A DNA stretch of 64,000 nucleotides, from NCBI GenBank assembly GCA_038816475.1, contig JAWBAI010000007.1:1-64000 (forward strand), given 5' to 3'. The stretch comes from Desulfurococcaceae archaeon (GTDB taxonomy: Archaea; Thermoproteota; Thermoprotei_A; Sulfolobales; Desulfurococcaceae). Positions 1 to 9,727 of the stretch are shown piece by piece. Each line of letters begins with the position of its first letter. Position 1 is the stretch's first letter. The notes below the pieces were generated by a model, which saw only the letters and a list, made by a program, of their open reading frames with translations, had not been told where the DNA came from and did no database searches. Made by a program: the position numbers and the translations under genes.

Positions 1-335
<335 letters not shown>

Positions 336-469
336 ACAGCTCACCCGGGGGCGGGTAGTAGACTTAGGACTGCTTGCTCCGTGGGTTTGGGTATAAGCTT
401 GCTCACTGGGCTCCTCTATAGCGCTTTAACCCCGAGCTCTCCTGTTGGAATCATAGTGGTGAATGGTGG

Positions 470-1324
470 TTGAACATGAGTACAAAGTACTATGTTGCTA
501 TGACTAGACCTGTTAACTCGGCTCTTAGCGGTGCTGGAGCTCTCTTCGCTGTAATGGTGTACTCGAATTACTCAGTTACCAGCACACTTCTGCTCCTCTG
601 CGCTTTTACCACAGGCTACTTTCTCACAGCTTCAGCAATGCTCATCAACGACGTTGTAGACCTCGAAGTCGACAGAGTAAACAAGCCCTGGAAGCCTCTT
701 CCAAGCGGAAAAGCCTCTCCTAGAACAGCACTAGCACTCGCAGTACTCCTGTTCATCGCCGGCGTCTTGTGCAACTTAGCCGTATCCATATGGGCTTTGC
801 TCGTAGCACTAACCTACGGATCCATAGGGGTATTATACAGCTACCTAAGGAAGCACTGGTGGAGTAGTAAACTAGTTGCATTCTCCACAACAGGACCCGT
901 GATCTACGGGTACACGGTAGCAGGGTTTCCAACCGACACCAGAGTGTTCACAGTCATCTTTGCGTTAAGCATATTCCTTGTAACACTAGGTAGAGAAGTA
1001 CTCAAGTCCATACAGGACTACCGAGGAGACCTCGTCAAAGGCTACAAGACAATTGCAACGGTGTACGGGCTGAACACAGCTTACAGAGCAATGCTCTTAG
1101 TAGGAGTACTCGGTGCATTACTAGCACTCTCCACTACAACTCTACAAGTCGTGAGTACCCCGTACAAAGCACTAATATCTCTAGCAGCAGTTGTCTACGT
1201 ATCAAGCATAGCTAGAGCATACATAAACCGCGAAACCACACAGCTCGAAAAGCAAAGGAAAAGAACACTGCACGCAATGGTGATCGGAACAGTAGCGTTC
1301 TGGCTCAGCAAACTACCTCTTTAA
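470..1324 (+). CDS. UbiA-family prenyltransferase, probable digeranylgeranylglyceryl phosphate synthase
   Basis: NDVVDLEVDRVNKPWKPLPSG and REVLKSIQDYRGD motifs; multiple TM helices. Confidence 0.85.
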   Translation: MNMSTKYYVAMTRPVNSALSGAGALFAVMVYSNYSVTSTLLLLCAFTTGYFLTASAMLINDVVDLEVDRVNKPWKPLPSGKASPRTALALAVLLFIAGVLCNLAVSIWALLVALTYGSIGVLYSYLRKHWWSSKLVAFSTTGPVIYGYTVAGFPTDTRVFTVIFALSIFLVTLGREVLKSIQDYRGDLVKGYKTIATVYGLNTAYRAMLLVGVLGALLALSTTTLQVVSTPYKALISLAAVVYVSSIARAYINRETTQLEKQRKRTLHAMVIGTVAFWLSKLPL

Positions 1325-1450
1325 GCAGTCTCTCGAATACCATTCGAGTCCTTAACACGTTAAGCTTTAACTACAGGCTCTCAAAATGCCTTGACCTTGA
1401 TAACTAGACGAGTAAACCGAGATAGGAGAGTTCACCAAGAGCTGTAGTAA

Positions 1451-1618
1451 GGCGAGGATCTAGGAGTAAACGTATTACTTCACCTTGAACTCCCGGATAA
1501 GAGTGTAATTAAGTCCAAGGTTCCATACACAGATGTAAAGGAAGGAGAAGAGGTTTATGTAGACTTCGTCAGAGACAAGGTAAGAATTTTCAACGCGAAA
1601 GGGCTCGCAGTTACATAG
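1451..1618 (+). pseudogene. Remnant of an ABC-transporter ATPase C-terminal TOBE/OB domain
   Basis: Own translation EDLGVNVLLHLELPDKSVIKSKVPYTDVKEGEEVYVDFVRDKVRIFNAKGLAVT* resembles MalK-type C-termini; in-frame TAA at 1448-1450 and no start codon. Confidence 0.6.
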
Positions 1619-1649
1619 ACGCATTATTCAACCTAAACTGTAAAAACTT

Positions 1650-2546
1650 TCATTCTGCTGGGTTTAACCTACGAGCTCTCAACGTAACCGAGTTTGCGAT
1701 GACAACTGGGAGAAACAGTACAATCAGACCTGCAACGTAGAAACCGGTAATCCTCGCGTAGACGACCAGTTCCCTTGTTACCAGATGAACACCGAGTAGA
1801 AGAACTGTTGAGAGAAAGCAGAGAATCATCCTAGTAACAAGTGGGGTTTTCCCAGCATCTAGAGTGTGTCTCCCTGCTACGAGTGCAAGGGTTAAGGAAG
1901 CTAAGCTTATACCAGTAATAGCTGACATAGATCTGTGCTCAACGTTTAGCACGAACATGTTGTATAATGCAATTACTGTAGCTAGCAATGCACCAAGAGC
2001 TTGGAGAACACCGGCTTTCTCCTTTGTAGAGTACTTGTAGAGAGCAAAGGACACATATCCAACTGCTACACCGAGGATAATGCCTCCAATAATGTCCAAC
2101 TCGTAGTGAGCTCTAAGGTAAATTCTGCTGAGTGATACTCCGGTAACTATGATCGCGGATAGTATTGCCAGGTGCTTGCTTCTAGTAATAAGTGTCAAAC
2201 TAGACCAGAAAGACGTTGACACTTGTGCATGACCACTGGGAAACCCGGGTCCATAAACCTCCACTAAGGGGTTTTCAGGTCTCGGCGTGTTAAACGTGTA
2301 CTTTAGAATAACGTTCAAAGCACCCGATAGGAGTACAGCTGTGATCGGTGCAATACCACTCTTAATGCTCTGCAAGGCATAGTATACAATAATTGCTGCA
2401 ACCATGTAAAACTCCTCGTCTCCAAGTCTAGTCCACGCAATCCACAGAGTGGTATTGCCTAGTGCAATAGTAGCCAAGAGCAGCAGTAAAAGTCCAGCGA
2501 TCGCTAGGTTAACAAGACCGCGAAGATACCCAGTTGAACCACACAT
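1650..2546 (-). CDS. PAP2-family membrane phosphatase
   Basis: KxxxxxxRP, PSGH and SRxxxxxHxxxD motifs (LKYTFNTPRP, FPSGHA, SRIYLRAHYELD). Confidence 0.9.
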   Translation of the reverse strand: MCGSTGYLRGLVNLAIAGLLLLLLATIALGNTTLWIAWTRLGDEEFYMVAAIIVYYALQSIKSGIAPITAVLLSGALNVILKYTFNTPRPENPLVEVYGPGFPSGHAQVSTSFWSSLTLITRSKHLAILSAIIVTGVSLSRIYLRAHYELDIIGGIILGVAVGYVSFALYKYSTKEKAGVLQALGALLATVIALYNMFVLNVEHRSMSAITGISLASLTLALVAGRHTLDAGKTPLVTRMILCFLSTVLLLGVHLVTRELVVYARITGFYVAGLIVLFLPVVIANSVTLRARRLNPAE

Positions 2547-2690
2547 AGTCCCTGCACCTAGCTCGTGCTTGAATTAGCTGATCCAGTGTGAACTTATATG
2601 CGTTGCACCGTAGTTCATGTTGCACACTTTCACCTACACAGTTCTAGAAGCTGATTGTACATAAATACGTCTTTGAGAAAGAAAAACACA

Positions 2691-2745
2691 TGGTGATGAA
2701 ACGACGGTAGTCGGAGCAGTGAAGAACGTTTCCCCTGCCTGACCA
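2691..2745 (+). ncRNA. Box C/D guide sRNA
   Basis: C GTGATGA (2693), D' CGGA, C' GTGAAGA, D CTGA (2739-2742); 12-13 nt guides; TGG/CCA terminal stem. Confidence 0.8.
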
Positions 2746-4098
2746 CTACTCCAGAATACTCAAGAGCTTTACCACAGCATCTACAGCACTTCTCCCGATA
2801 ACTCTAACCATGGGTTCTTTTCCAATATCTCCTTCATCGTATATAAGGTCAGGTGTTTTCCTTGATACTCTAAAGGCTTCTCTAACAAGCCATGGAATAC
2901 TCATACCCTCGACTTTTCTTACTTCATCGGGTTCTCTTCTTCTATCCACGAAGACAGTAACATATCTTTTTGCAATGGCCTTTTCGATCAGTTCTCTACT
3001 GTACTTCACGTTCAGAGCACCCCTTATCTCTGGATCGTGCTTGACGGCTTCGAGGAGCAGTCTTGCTAGGTGGTTCGATGCACCAAACTCAACTGGACCA
3101 ACCGGTATCAGTTTACCATGTGCTTTTACAACTCTTCCAAGCACAGCTGCAACGTCTTCCACGCTTCTAGCGTACCTTGGATCTATTACCTCAGCTACAT
3201 TTAAGCCCACCTCGGGAACATGGGGGAGAACTCTGCTGGAGTTCTCGAGCAGCAATTCCAACGCTTTCTTAACGCTTTCGCGTACTCGGTGCTTTTCAGC
3301 TGGTAATTCTAGCCATGCTATGGGATTAACTGGACAGTAGCCTTTACCAACTTTAACTCCATACGTGATCGCTGTATCTATGAACTTCTTAGCTTTCTCC
3401 ACAGCTTCAACCACGTCGAAACCCTTAGCTATGAACGCAGCAATGGCAGCTGAATAGCTACATCCAGCTCCATGGAAACAGCCCTCCGGGCTTCTCGGTG
3501 ACTCGAAGTAGTAAAAGCTTCCACGGTAGTATAGAACGTCGACAACCTTTTCCTCTTCAAGGTGTCCACCTTTAACGACAACAGCTACTGTTCCATACTT
3601 CTCATGGATAACCCTAGCTGCTTCCTTCGCATCCTCCACGTTTCTAACACTTCTACCGGATAGGATCGAGGCTTCCATGGCGTTGGGTGTTACAACGAGG
3701 GCTAGTGGTAGTATATGCCCGCATAAAGCCTCAACAGCATCGTCTCTTAGTAGCTTAGCACCAGATTTAGCAACCATGACGGGGTCTACGACAGTTGGAA
3801 ACCTAAAGTCTCTCAGTGCGCGTGCTACGTGCTGAACAATGTCAATGTTGCTGAGCATACCTGTTTTACCAGCATCTATGCCCATGTCCTCAGCGATTGT
3901 TTTCACTTGCTCGTAGACGAACCATCCCGGAAGGTCATGTACTGCAGAAACCCTGTACGTGTTCTGAGCTGTAATACTAGTAATAGCAGTTACTCCGTAA
4001 ACACCGAGCGCGGAGAATGTCTTCAGGTCTGCCTGTATACCGGCACCACCACCGGAATCGCTACCCGCGATTGTTATGGTAACGGGTATTCTACGCAT
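2746..4098 (-). CDS. thiD: Bifunctional HMP/HMP-P kinase - thiamine phosphate synthase (ThiD-ThiN)
   Basis: [32 protein letters not shown]; C-terminal ThiN domain ([22 protein letters not shown]). Confidence 0.95.
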   Translation of the reverse strand: MRRIPVTITIAGSDSGGGAGIQADLKTFSALGVYGVTAITSITAQNTYRVSAVHDLPGWFVYEQVKTIAEDMGIDAGKTGMLSNIDIVQHVARALRDFRFPTVVDPVMVAKSGAKLLRDDAVEALCGHILPLALVVTPNAMEASILSGRSVRNVEDAKEAARVIHEKYGTVAVVVKGGHLEEEKVVDVLYYRGSFYYFESPRSPEGCFHGAGCSYSAAIAAFIAKGFDVVEAVEKAKKFIDTAITYGVKVGKGYCPVNPIAWLELPAEKHRVRESVKKALELLLENSSRVLPHVPEVGLNVAEVIDPRYARSVEDVAAVLGRVVKAHGKLIPVGPVEFGASNHLARLLLEAVKHDPEIRGALNVKYSRELIEKAIAKRYVTVFVDRRREPDEVRKVEGMSIPWLVREAFRVSRKTPDLIYDEGDIGKEPMVRVIGRSAVDAVVKLLSILE

Positions 4099-4162
4099 AA
4101 AGACAGCCTCTGTGTCTAGTTAATACTAACCTGTACCAGAATAAATAAGTGGTGCAAAATCG

Positions 4163-4741
4163 TTGGTTGTGTGCAAAGAGCTCGTGGAGGCTTTCAACGT
4201 GACTAAAAATATAGGAGCAGATCCTCAAGCGTTCTACGGTGTGCTGTTGCTAGTTCTTCGGGATCAGGGTAGAGTAGCTATTTCGAAGAAACTCGGTCTT
4301 CGAGAAAGACTCGTTAGAAGAATACTGAGCACTGTAAGGGAAAAACCCGCTCTACTCCAGTACTTGAAGAGCTTCGAGAGAACGGTTCTTGCTAGCGAGA
4401 GAGTCAAATGCACTCCTGTTGTGTACAGAGGTGTTGCCCGCGAGATCCTTGCTATGGTTAAGGAGAGGATCATTGACTTGAGAGATTACATTGTAATATA
4501 CTCGAGAAATCCTGGTAAGTTCGAGGTTGTAGGTGTAATAGAGGATGGCAAGCTCGAGTATCCGGGCTTACCGCGGGAGATATCAGAACCGTATATCTCG
4601 CTCAAAACAATTGTGCATACAGACGCAGGTTTACTCGTATGCTGGAAGAGTTACACGGAAGTAGTAGACGAAGCTTTACTACTATCAGCTCTTACTAGCC
4701 TATGCGTTAACCAAATGTCCGCTAGGCAAAGCACTCATTGA
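4163..4741 (+). CDS. Winged-HTH protein, DUF4443-like putative regulator
   Basis: GRVAISKKLGLRERLVRRIL HTH-like segment; LRD...G.L.YP C-terminal pattern. Confidence 0.5.
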   Translation: MVVCKELVEAFNVTKNIGADPQAFYGVLLLVLRDQGRVAISKKLGLRERLVRRILSTVREKPALLQYLKSFERTVLASERVKCTPVVYRGVAREILAMVKERIIDLRDYIVIYSRNPGKFEVVGVIEDGKLEYPGLPREISEPYISLKTIVHTDAGLLVCWKSYTEVVDEALLLSALTSLCVNQMSARQSTH

Positions 4742-4812
4742 AGGACTTAGGAGGCTACACCAGAACAGGGCAAAAAGAAGCCGTGAACGTACCCTGAACA
4801 CGGGTAAGCTAG

Positions 4813-4887
4813 TGGGGCCGCGGGGATTTGAACCCCGGGTCACGGGGGCCCAAGCCCCGCATCCTAGCCAGGCTAGACGACGGCCCC
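4813..4887 (-). tRNA. tRNA-Pro (TGG)
   Basis: Reverse complement GGGGCCGTCGTCTAGCCTGGCTAGGATGCGGGGCTTGGGCCCCCGTGACCCGGGGTTCAAATCCCCGCGGCCCCA; cloverleaf, no intron, CCA not encoded. Confidence 0.97.
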
Positions 4888-4903
4888 CTGTACAGTCTAA
4901 CTC

Positions 4904-5929
4904 CTATGTGGCTTTAAAGTTTAACCATGGTGTAACGGGGAATATTTCTCTCACCTTGTTCTTGTACATTGCAATGCTTCTTGTTACTACAGGATCTATT
5001 CCACGTTTCTCTGCGAGATAAACACTGGTTAAGCCTGCTACAAGGCTACCGTACAGTAGTTTTTCAAGAGCATTTCTTCCTCTCAGCTCAACACTTCGGA
5101 AGATTGCATCATGCTCCTTGTACACACTCTCCATGAACTCTACCAGCTTTGCACCGACTGGATCATCAGGGTCCACGATTTCCAGAACAGCATAGTTTGA
5201 TATGTTCGGCTCCTCGTAGCCTACAATATCATTGTGCATCCATTCTGGTGCTACATCAACCTTAGTTATAACTTTACTGTTCTCGTTGAGCTCGTTCTTG
5301 AACCTCACAGCTAGAGCTTCCAGCGGGCTATGAGTTGCCAGCACGATAAGTCTTTTCTCAGCGATAGCCTTCTCAAGGAGCCAATCTGATATCTCTCTAG
5401 CTTTTCTCTCAATTTCGGGTAGGTTTTCCTCGAGGAATTCAGCACAATTTTCAGCTTCTTTCTTCGTTATCAGACTACAGTTAGAATGACTCAGAACACC
5501 TAGAACGCTAAACAGCATTGACGGTAGAGATGCTCTCGGTACAAGACCACTCGGTACATCAACGTGTAATACACCGTATCTTTGTGAAAGCTCTTTTAGT
5601 AAACCACCGCTAGATACCGCTACCACGGGTACATGTTTTTCGAGAATGCTTTTAAAAGCCAGCAGAGTCTCCAGAGTGTTACCACTGTAGCTTACAACTA
5701 TTGAAAGAGTATACTTGTCTATGAAACTTGGTACGAGGTGGGATTTCACAACCGTAACAGGGCATCTGCCTACTTGGCTGGATAAAACCTGAAGGTAATC
5801 ACCAACGATCCCGCTACCACCCATTCCAAACACAGCGATGTCACGGTATTCACCGGTTACTTTGACCAAGTCCCACTTGCTAACTGTATGTCTAATTTGA
5901 CTTGGCCACTCGAGATACGCGCTTAACAC
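4904..5929 (-). CDS. Bifunctional phosphoglucose/phosphomannose isomerase (PGI/PMI)
   Basis: GMGGSG, SYSGNTLET, PRA, NENSK, PEWMHN motifs. Confidence 0.93.
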   Translation of the reverse strand: MLSAYLEWPSQIRHTVSKWDLVKVTGEYRDIAVFGMGGSGIVGDYLQVLSSQVGRCPVTVVKSHLVPSFIDKYTLSIVVSYSGNTLETLLAFKSILEKHVPVVAVSSGGLLKELSQRYGVLHVDVPSGLVPRASLPSMLFSVLGVLSHSNCSLITKKEAENCAEFLEENLPEIERKAREISDWLLEKAIAEKRLIVLATHSPLEALAVRFKNELNENSKVITKVDVAPEWMHNDIVGYEEPNISNYAVLEIVDPDDPVGAKLVEFMESVYKEHDAIFRSVELRGRNALEKLLYGSLVAGLTSVYLAEKRGIDPVVTRSIAMYKNKVREIFPVTPWLNFKAT

Positions 5930-5985
5930 AGATATATCAGCCCCGTGGAGTACATATGGATATGATTACACTAAGTGTGTTTTAA

Positions 5986-6636
5986 ATGGCGAGTAGCGAT
6001 TTAATGAGTGATTTAACCAGGGGTAAAAAACTATTCGTGTCAAGCCATGCGGGGCTTCTTGTAAAACTGGCTATCCTTATGATCAAGAGTATTGTTCTGA
6101 AAGGAGTCAAACCCGCCATTATGGATGAACAAGGTCTTCTGCTACGATACATACCACTGGACCTACTTAGTAGTTTGCAACTGGTACTAAGCACGCAGGA
6201 GGCATGCAAGAACCACTACTTGATTGTATTTGAGCCTAGGTTAACAGGGTTTCTTAAAACCTGTCAAGCCCCAAATATCCTAGTGTTTACAAAACCCAGA
6301 GGTTTGTATCCAGCTGGATTCGTGAAGGTGTTCTTAAAGCGAGTAGCTTCAACCAATCATTACCTACTGAGAAGCCCTGAAATGGGATTAGCAGTAAGAG
6401 TTGAACTTACAGAACATGGTATCACTATAGCTGAAAAACCGAAAGGTGTTTACGGTGAAGCCTACGAGATCTTAAAAAACGCTATGTCGAACTACGGTGA
6501 GATAACCGTTAAAGACGCTGTTCGAGTGATTTCACTGGAGTTAAACCTTGATAAGCTAAAGGCTAGACAGGTACTTCAATGGCTAACCAAAAACGGTTAT
6601 CTAAGAGTTGTGAAAGGTAGGCTTTCACTAGCTTAG
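5986..6636 (+). CDS. Hypothetical protein with C-terminal winged helix
   Basis: 216-aa ORF; C-terminal GEITVKDAV...ARQVLQWLTKNGYLRV wHTH-like. Confidence 0.6.
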   Translation: MASSDLMSDLTRGKKLFVSSHAGLLVKLAILMIKSIVLKGVKPAIMDEQGLLLRYIPLDLLSSLQLVLSTQEACKNHYLIVFEPRLTGFLKTCQAPNILVFTKPRGLYPAGFVKVFLKRVASTNHYLLRSPEMGLAVRVELTEHGITIAEKPKGVYGEAYEILKNAMSNYGEITVKDAVRVISLELNLDKLKARQVLQWLTKNGYLRVVKGRLSLA

Positions 6637-7103
6637 AGTCTTGCGAGTGATTCATCGAAGTATATCTTCATCAAGCCAAGTTTCTTGAATACAACGTTTA
6701 TGTAGTCATCGATAACGCTTCTGGGTACTCCCAGTCTCTCGGCTCTCGATATAACAATGTTTTCCACTATTGCATACTTCTGGTATCTCTCGTTGAGATC
6801 TTTCCACGGAATACCTGTCATAGCTCTTATAACGTCGTTATCCACTGGTAGTATGTTCTTCACAATCATGAAAGCTAGTATCGGGTAACCCACGTACCCC
6901 CTGTGAAGAGTTCCGTTATCGTTGCTGTACGCTCTGTACACCCCCATGGATTCCTCTATCAAGACAACCTTGTACTCTCTATCTCCTAAGCTAGACCCGA
7001 CAGTAGCACTAGTACTTGATAAAACCTTTATTCTGTTATCTCCAACAGCACCTGCTGCTTCTAGCACCTTTATCCGAGGTGGTTTTGAAAGAGGCTTAAT
7101 CAT
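6633..7103 (-). CDS. Conserved hypothetical protein
   Basis: 156-aa ORF; PPRIKVLEA, SNDNG, GYVGYP conserved-looking motifs. Confidence 0.7.
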   Translation of the reverse strand: MIKPLSKPPRIKVLEAAGAVGDNRIKVLSSTSATVGSSLGDREYKVVLIEESMGVYRAYSNDNGTLHRGYVGYPILAFMIVKNILPVDNDVIRAMTGIPWKDLNERYQKYAIVENIVISRAERLGVPRSVIDDYINVVFKKLGLMKIYFDESLARL

Positions 7104-7155
7104 AAACTTGGACCTGTGTTACCTCCAACAATAGTTGTAAACTGGGAAAATTATA

Positions 7156-7191
7156 TTTTATCAGATAAGATACCCCTTTATCTTGATAAAA
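7156..7191. promoter_or_regulatory. Inverted repeat, candidate operator or Xer dif-like site
   Basis: TTTTATCAGATAA-9 nt-TTATCTTGATAAAA (arms differ by one inserted base) in the divergent intergenic region upstream of the ThermoDBP-RP/xerA pair. Confidence 0.45.
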
Positions 7192-7303
7192 ACTGGTGCT
7201 TAAACATTCTCCTGGTATTAAGGTTTAACGTTTTATCAACGAATACCCATGAAAGAAACTTATATTTCTTGGCACTAGATACCATAATATGGGTGGAAAC
7301 GGC

Positions 7304-8116
7304 ATGAATACTACCAGCGAACAAAGGGAGTTAAACACTGGTCTCGTCATAGCAGGTGCCTACGCTGATAAGATCAGGAGAACACTGTTCGCTCAACTCA
7401 GCGAGTTAGTTAGAAAAGACAAGGAGTTTTCAAAGGAGGTTGCAAGAGCCTCTGGTGAACTAAACCTTGTTCTTTACCATGTGCTTGTAAACGAGTTGAA
7501 AGCAAACAAAGGTGATGCAGTGAGAATTAGAATAAACTACACAGTAGATCAAGAAGCGAGGAGAGTAAAATGGTTCTATGATACTCTAAGAGTAGAAATG
7601 TTCAGACGAGTACCCGATGAAGAAGTTGCACAAGCAGTTTCACGAATAGTGTCCTCGGAGAGGTTAAACCAGGTGCTTGAATCGCTTAGAGTTGCTCCTG
7701 CTAGAGCTGAAGAAGCTGTTAAAGCATTCGAGGCACCAGAGGAGAAAGTGCCAGAGATATCTGCACTACCTTCACCGCCTGCACCCTTACCCATAGACGT
7801 GATAAGCTACATAGGCTCAGTAGACCTCGTCGGAGAAACCATAGATGGAGGATACTTAGTTAAGTTCACGAACAAGGAAGGAACCTCTATGGGAGTAGCA
7901 TCCATCACCCCCGTGGGTAACGAGGTAACCATCGACGCTATTCTGATAAGCAGGGATAAGTGCTATAGGTTCATAGTAAGATCTAAATCCAGGATAACCG
8001 ATTACGGTGAGACACCGGAAAAAGTCATCGATGACCTAAAGCAAGCAAAGCCAACTGAGATACCCAAGAATCAAGCAATGAGCATTATTAGAGAGAAAAT
8101 GCAATCTCTCGTGTAA
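7304..8116 (+). CDS. ThermoDBP-related (DUF2258) single-stranded nucleic-acid-binding protein with C-terminal extension
   Basis: ELNTGLVIAGAYADKIRRTLFAQL...GDAVRIRI signature; Pro-rich linker then extra domain; ORF track starts at 7289, ATG 7304 follows a GGTGG SD. Confidence 0.8.
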   Translation: MNTTSEQRELNTGLVIAGAYADKIRRTLFAQLSELVRKDKEFSKEVARASGELNLVLYHVLVNELKANKGDAVRIRINYTVDQEARRVKWFYDTLRVEMFRRVPDEEVAQAVSRIVSSERLNQVLESLRVAPARAEEAVKAFEAPEEKVPEISALPSPPAPLPIDVISYIGSVDLVGETIDGGYLVKFTNKEGTSMGVASITPVGNEVTIDAILISRDKCYRFIVRSKSRITDYGETPEKVIDDLKQAKPTEIPKNQAMSIIREKMQSLV

Positions 8117-8168
8117 AAGCCCTGCTCTTTATTACTAAACCACATGGGATTTTTCAACCAGGGTTTAC

Positions 8169-9164
8169 TTGCCGAAGCTGGATATAGTTGAAGCACCTGA
8201 TGGTATACTTGATCTACCCAACGAGGATATTCTAAAGGAGTTCGAGGCGTCGTTGGAAGCTTCCGGCGCAGGCAAGGATACGATTAAAGCATACATGTCT
8301 GCGATAAGAGATTTTTTAAGTTACATAGGAAACAAACCGCTGAGAGAAGTTACTCTACGGGATGTGATAAACTGGAGAAACGAAAGACTTAGAACAGGGT
8401 TTCCAGGTTCTAAAACACTTGATCGTGAAAAATGGCAAGTTACACTACATTACTACAGCCTCTTTCTTCGTAGATTCTTTCAGTGGCTGGGTTTACGAGT
8501 GAACGTACCAAGGGTCAAAAGGAATCCACCTAAGATAGACACTCTCACAGAGGAAGAGGTATCTCGTATGTTAGCAGTTGCCAAGAAACCTCAGGATAGA
8601 CTAATTCTCCTACTGCTGGTTTCCACAGGTTTGAGAAGCAGAGAGCTACTTGAACTAAAGGTTGAAGACGTTGATCCATCAAGAGGCGTAATAAGAGTTA
8701 GGTCTGCTAAGTACGGTAAAGAAAGACTTGTAACAGCACCAAGAGAGGTCTTCGAGCTACTATCTGCATGGATAAAGCTGAACGGGCTTAAACCCAAGGA
8801 CAAGCTGTTCAAGATAACATACAGTGCTCTCTACAAGAGGCTAAAAACTATTGCAAAGAAAGCAGGAGTTGATGTTTCCAAGATCAGACCCCACGTGTTC
8901 AGACACACCTTTGCAACAATGGCTATAAAAAGAGGGCTCAGTTTACCCACTCTCCAGAGACTTCTTGGACACAGCGACATAAGAACAACGCAGATATACT
9001 TGCATTTAACTATCGAAGATGTTAAGAAAGAATACGAGGAGAAGATGGGTATAATAATTGAACCCAGGACATGCAGTAAGTGTAGTCGCGTAATTCCACA
9101 GGATGCTGTGTTTTGCCCCTACTGTGGAACAACAGTTAGTGAAACCCTGGAGGCAACTACCTAG
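8169..9164 (+). CDS. xerA: Tyrosine recombinase XerA with C-terminal zinc ribbon
   Basis: TGLRSREL, K, HVFRH, LLGHSD, QIY catalytic residues; SAM-like N-domain; CSKC...CPYC tail. Confidence 0.85.
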   Translation: MPKLDIVEAPDGILDLPNEDILKEFEASLEASGAGKDTIKAYMSAIRDFLSYIGNKPLREVTLRDVINWRNERLRTGFPGSKTLDREKWQVTLHYYSLFLRRFFQWLGLRVNVPRVKRNPPKIDTLTEEEVSRMLAVAKKPQDRLILLLLVSTGLRSRELLELKVEDVDPSRGVIRVRSAKYGKERLVTAPREVFELLSAWIKLNGLKPKDKLFKITYSALYKRLKTIAKKAGVDVSKIRPHVFRHTFATMAIKRGLSLPTLQRLLGHSDIRTTQIYLHLTIEDVKKEYEEKMGIIIEPRTCSKCSRVIPQDAVFCPYCGTTVSETLEATT

Positions 9165-9173
9165 GAAATAAGG

Positions 9174-9653
9174 TCACGGAACCTGCTCCTCGGCTAGTCT
9201 AGCCACAACTATTCTAGGTATCAAGTGGTGATCAGGGTTTTTCGACTTGTAGTGATTAACTACAGAAACAGTCTCTTCACTAGGGTACTCGTCTTCGTAT
9301 CTACTCAGGAACTCCGTGATCTCATCACTAAATAGCACAATATAGAGGGGATTCACCGGAACACTCCACTTTTCACCAGAGTACTTTATTTCGAGCAGTC
9401 TTCTCAGAAAATCGCTGTCGGAATCAGTAGCTGAGAGAACAGCCTTGTAGTACTGAGTTATGTAGTGTGCAACAATGTAAGCAACAAGCTTAGATTCTTT
9501 AAAAACCCTGTAGATGCACAGCTCGCTGTGGTCTTCGAGAACAACGTGTGGACCCATTTCAGCTCTGAAACCTGAGTTGGATAGCTCGCTAATGAATTTA
9601 TCAAGATTCTTAACACTGCTGTACTCCAGTACTTTGGCAACCACCGGGTTCAC
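9174..9653 (-). CDS. Hypothetical protein
   Basis: 159-aa ORF filling the gap between xerA and the next gene. Confidence 0.65.
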   Translation of the reverse strand: MNPVVAKVLEYSSVKNLDKFISELSNSGFRAEMGPHVVLEDHSELCIYRVFKESKLVAYIVAHYITQYYKAVLSATDSDSDFLRRLLEIKYSGEKWSVPVNPLYIVLFSDEITEFLSRYEDEYPSEETVSVVNHYKSKNPDHHLIPRIVVARLAEEQVP

Positions 9654-9727
9654 CCCGCGATGATTTAAACAATAGGTAAAGCACTTAATAGTTTAAACCG
9701 TGAAGAATCCTTACATAGGTTTCTTCG

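Noticed and set aside
339-349. 11-mer GCTCACCCGGG in the 23S trailer also occurs in the rod RNA (reverse complement at 54787-54797)
   Set aside because: Short, GC-rich and found post hoc; not enough to claim a link to pre-rRNA processing
2810-3340. Long antisense ORFs (also 19120-19719, 29849-30412, 50067-50573 and others)
   Set aside because: Shadow frames of well-supported genes with Ser/Thr/Leu-rich non-protein-like composition
4812-5021. Short ORFs overlapping tRNAs (also 35029-35226 and 42086-42277)
   Set aside because: Artefacts of GC-rich tRNA sequence
4813-9164. Integrated element using tRNA-Pro and the tyrosine recombinase
   Set aside because: No att duplication; intervening genes are housekeeping; the similarity between tRNA-Pro and tRNA-Ile 3' halves is ordinary T-arm conservation
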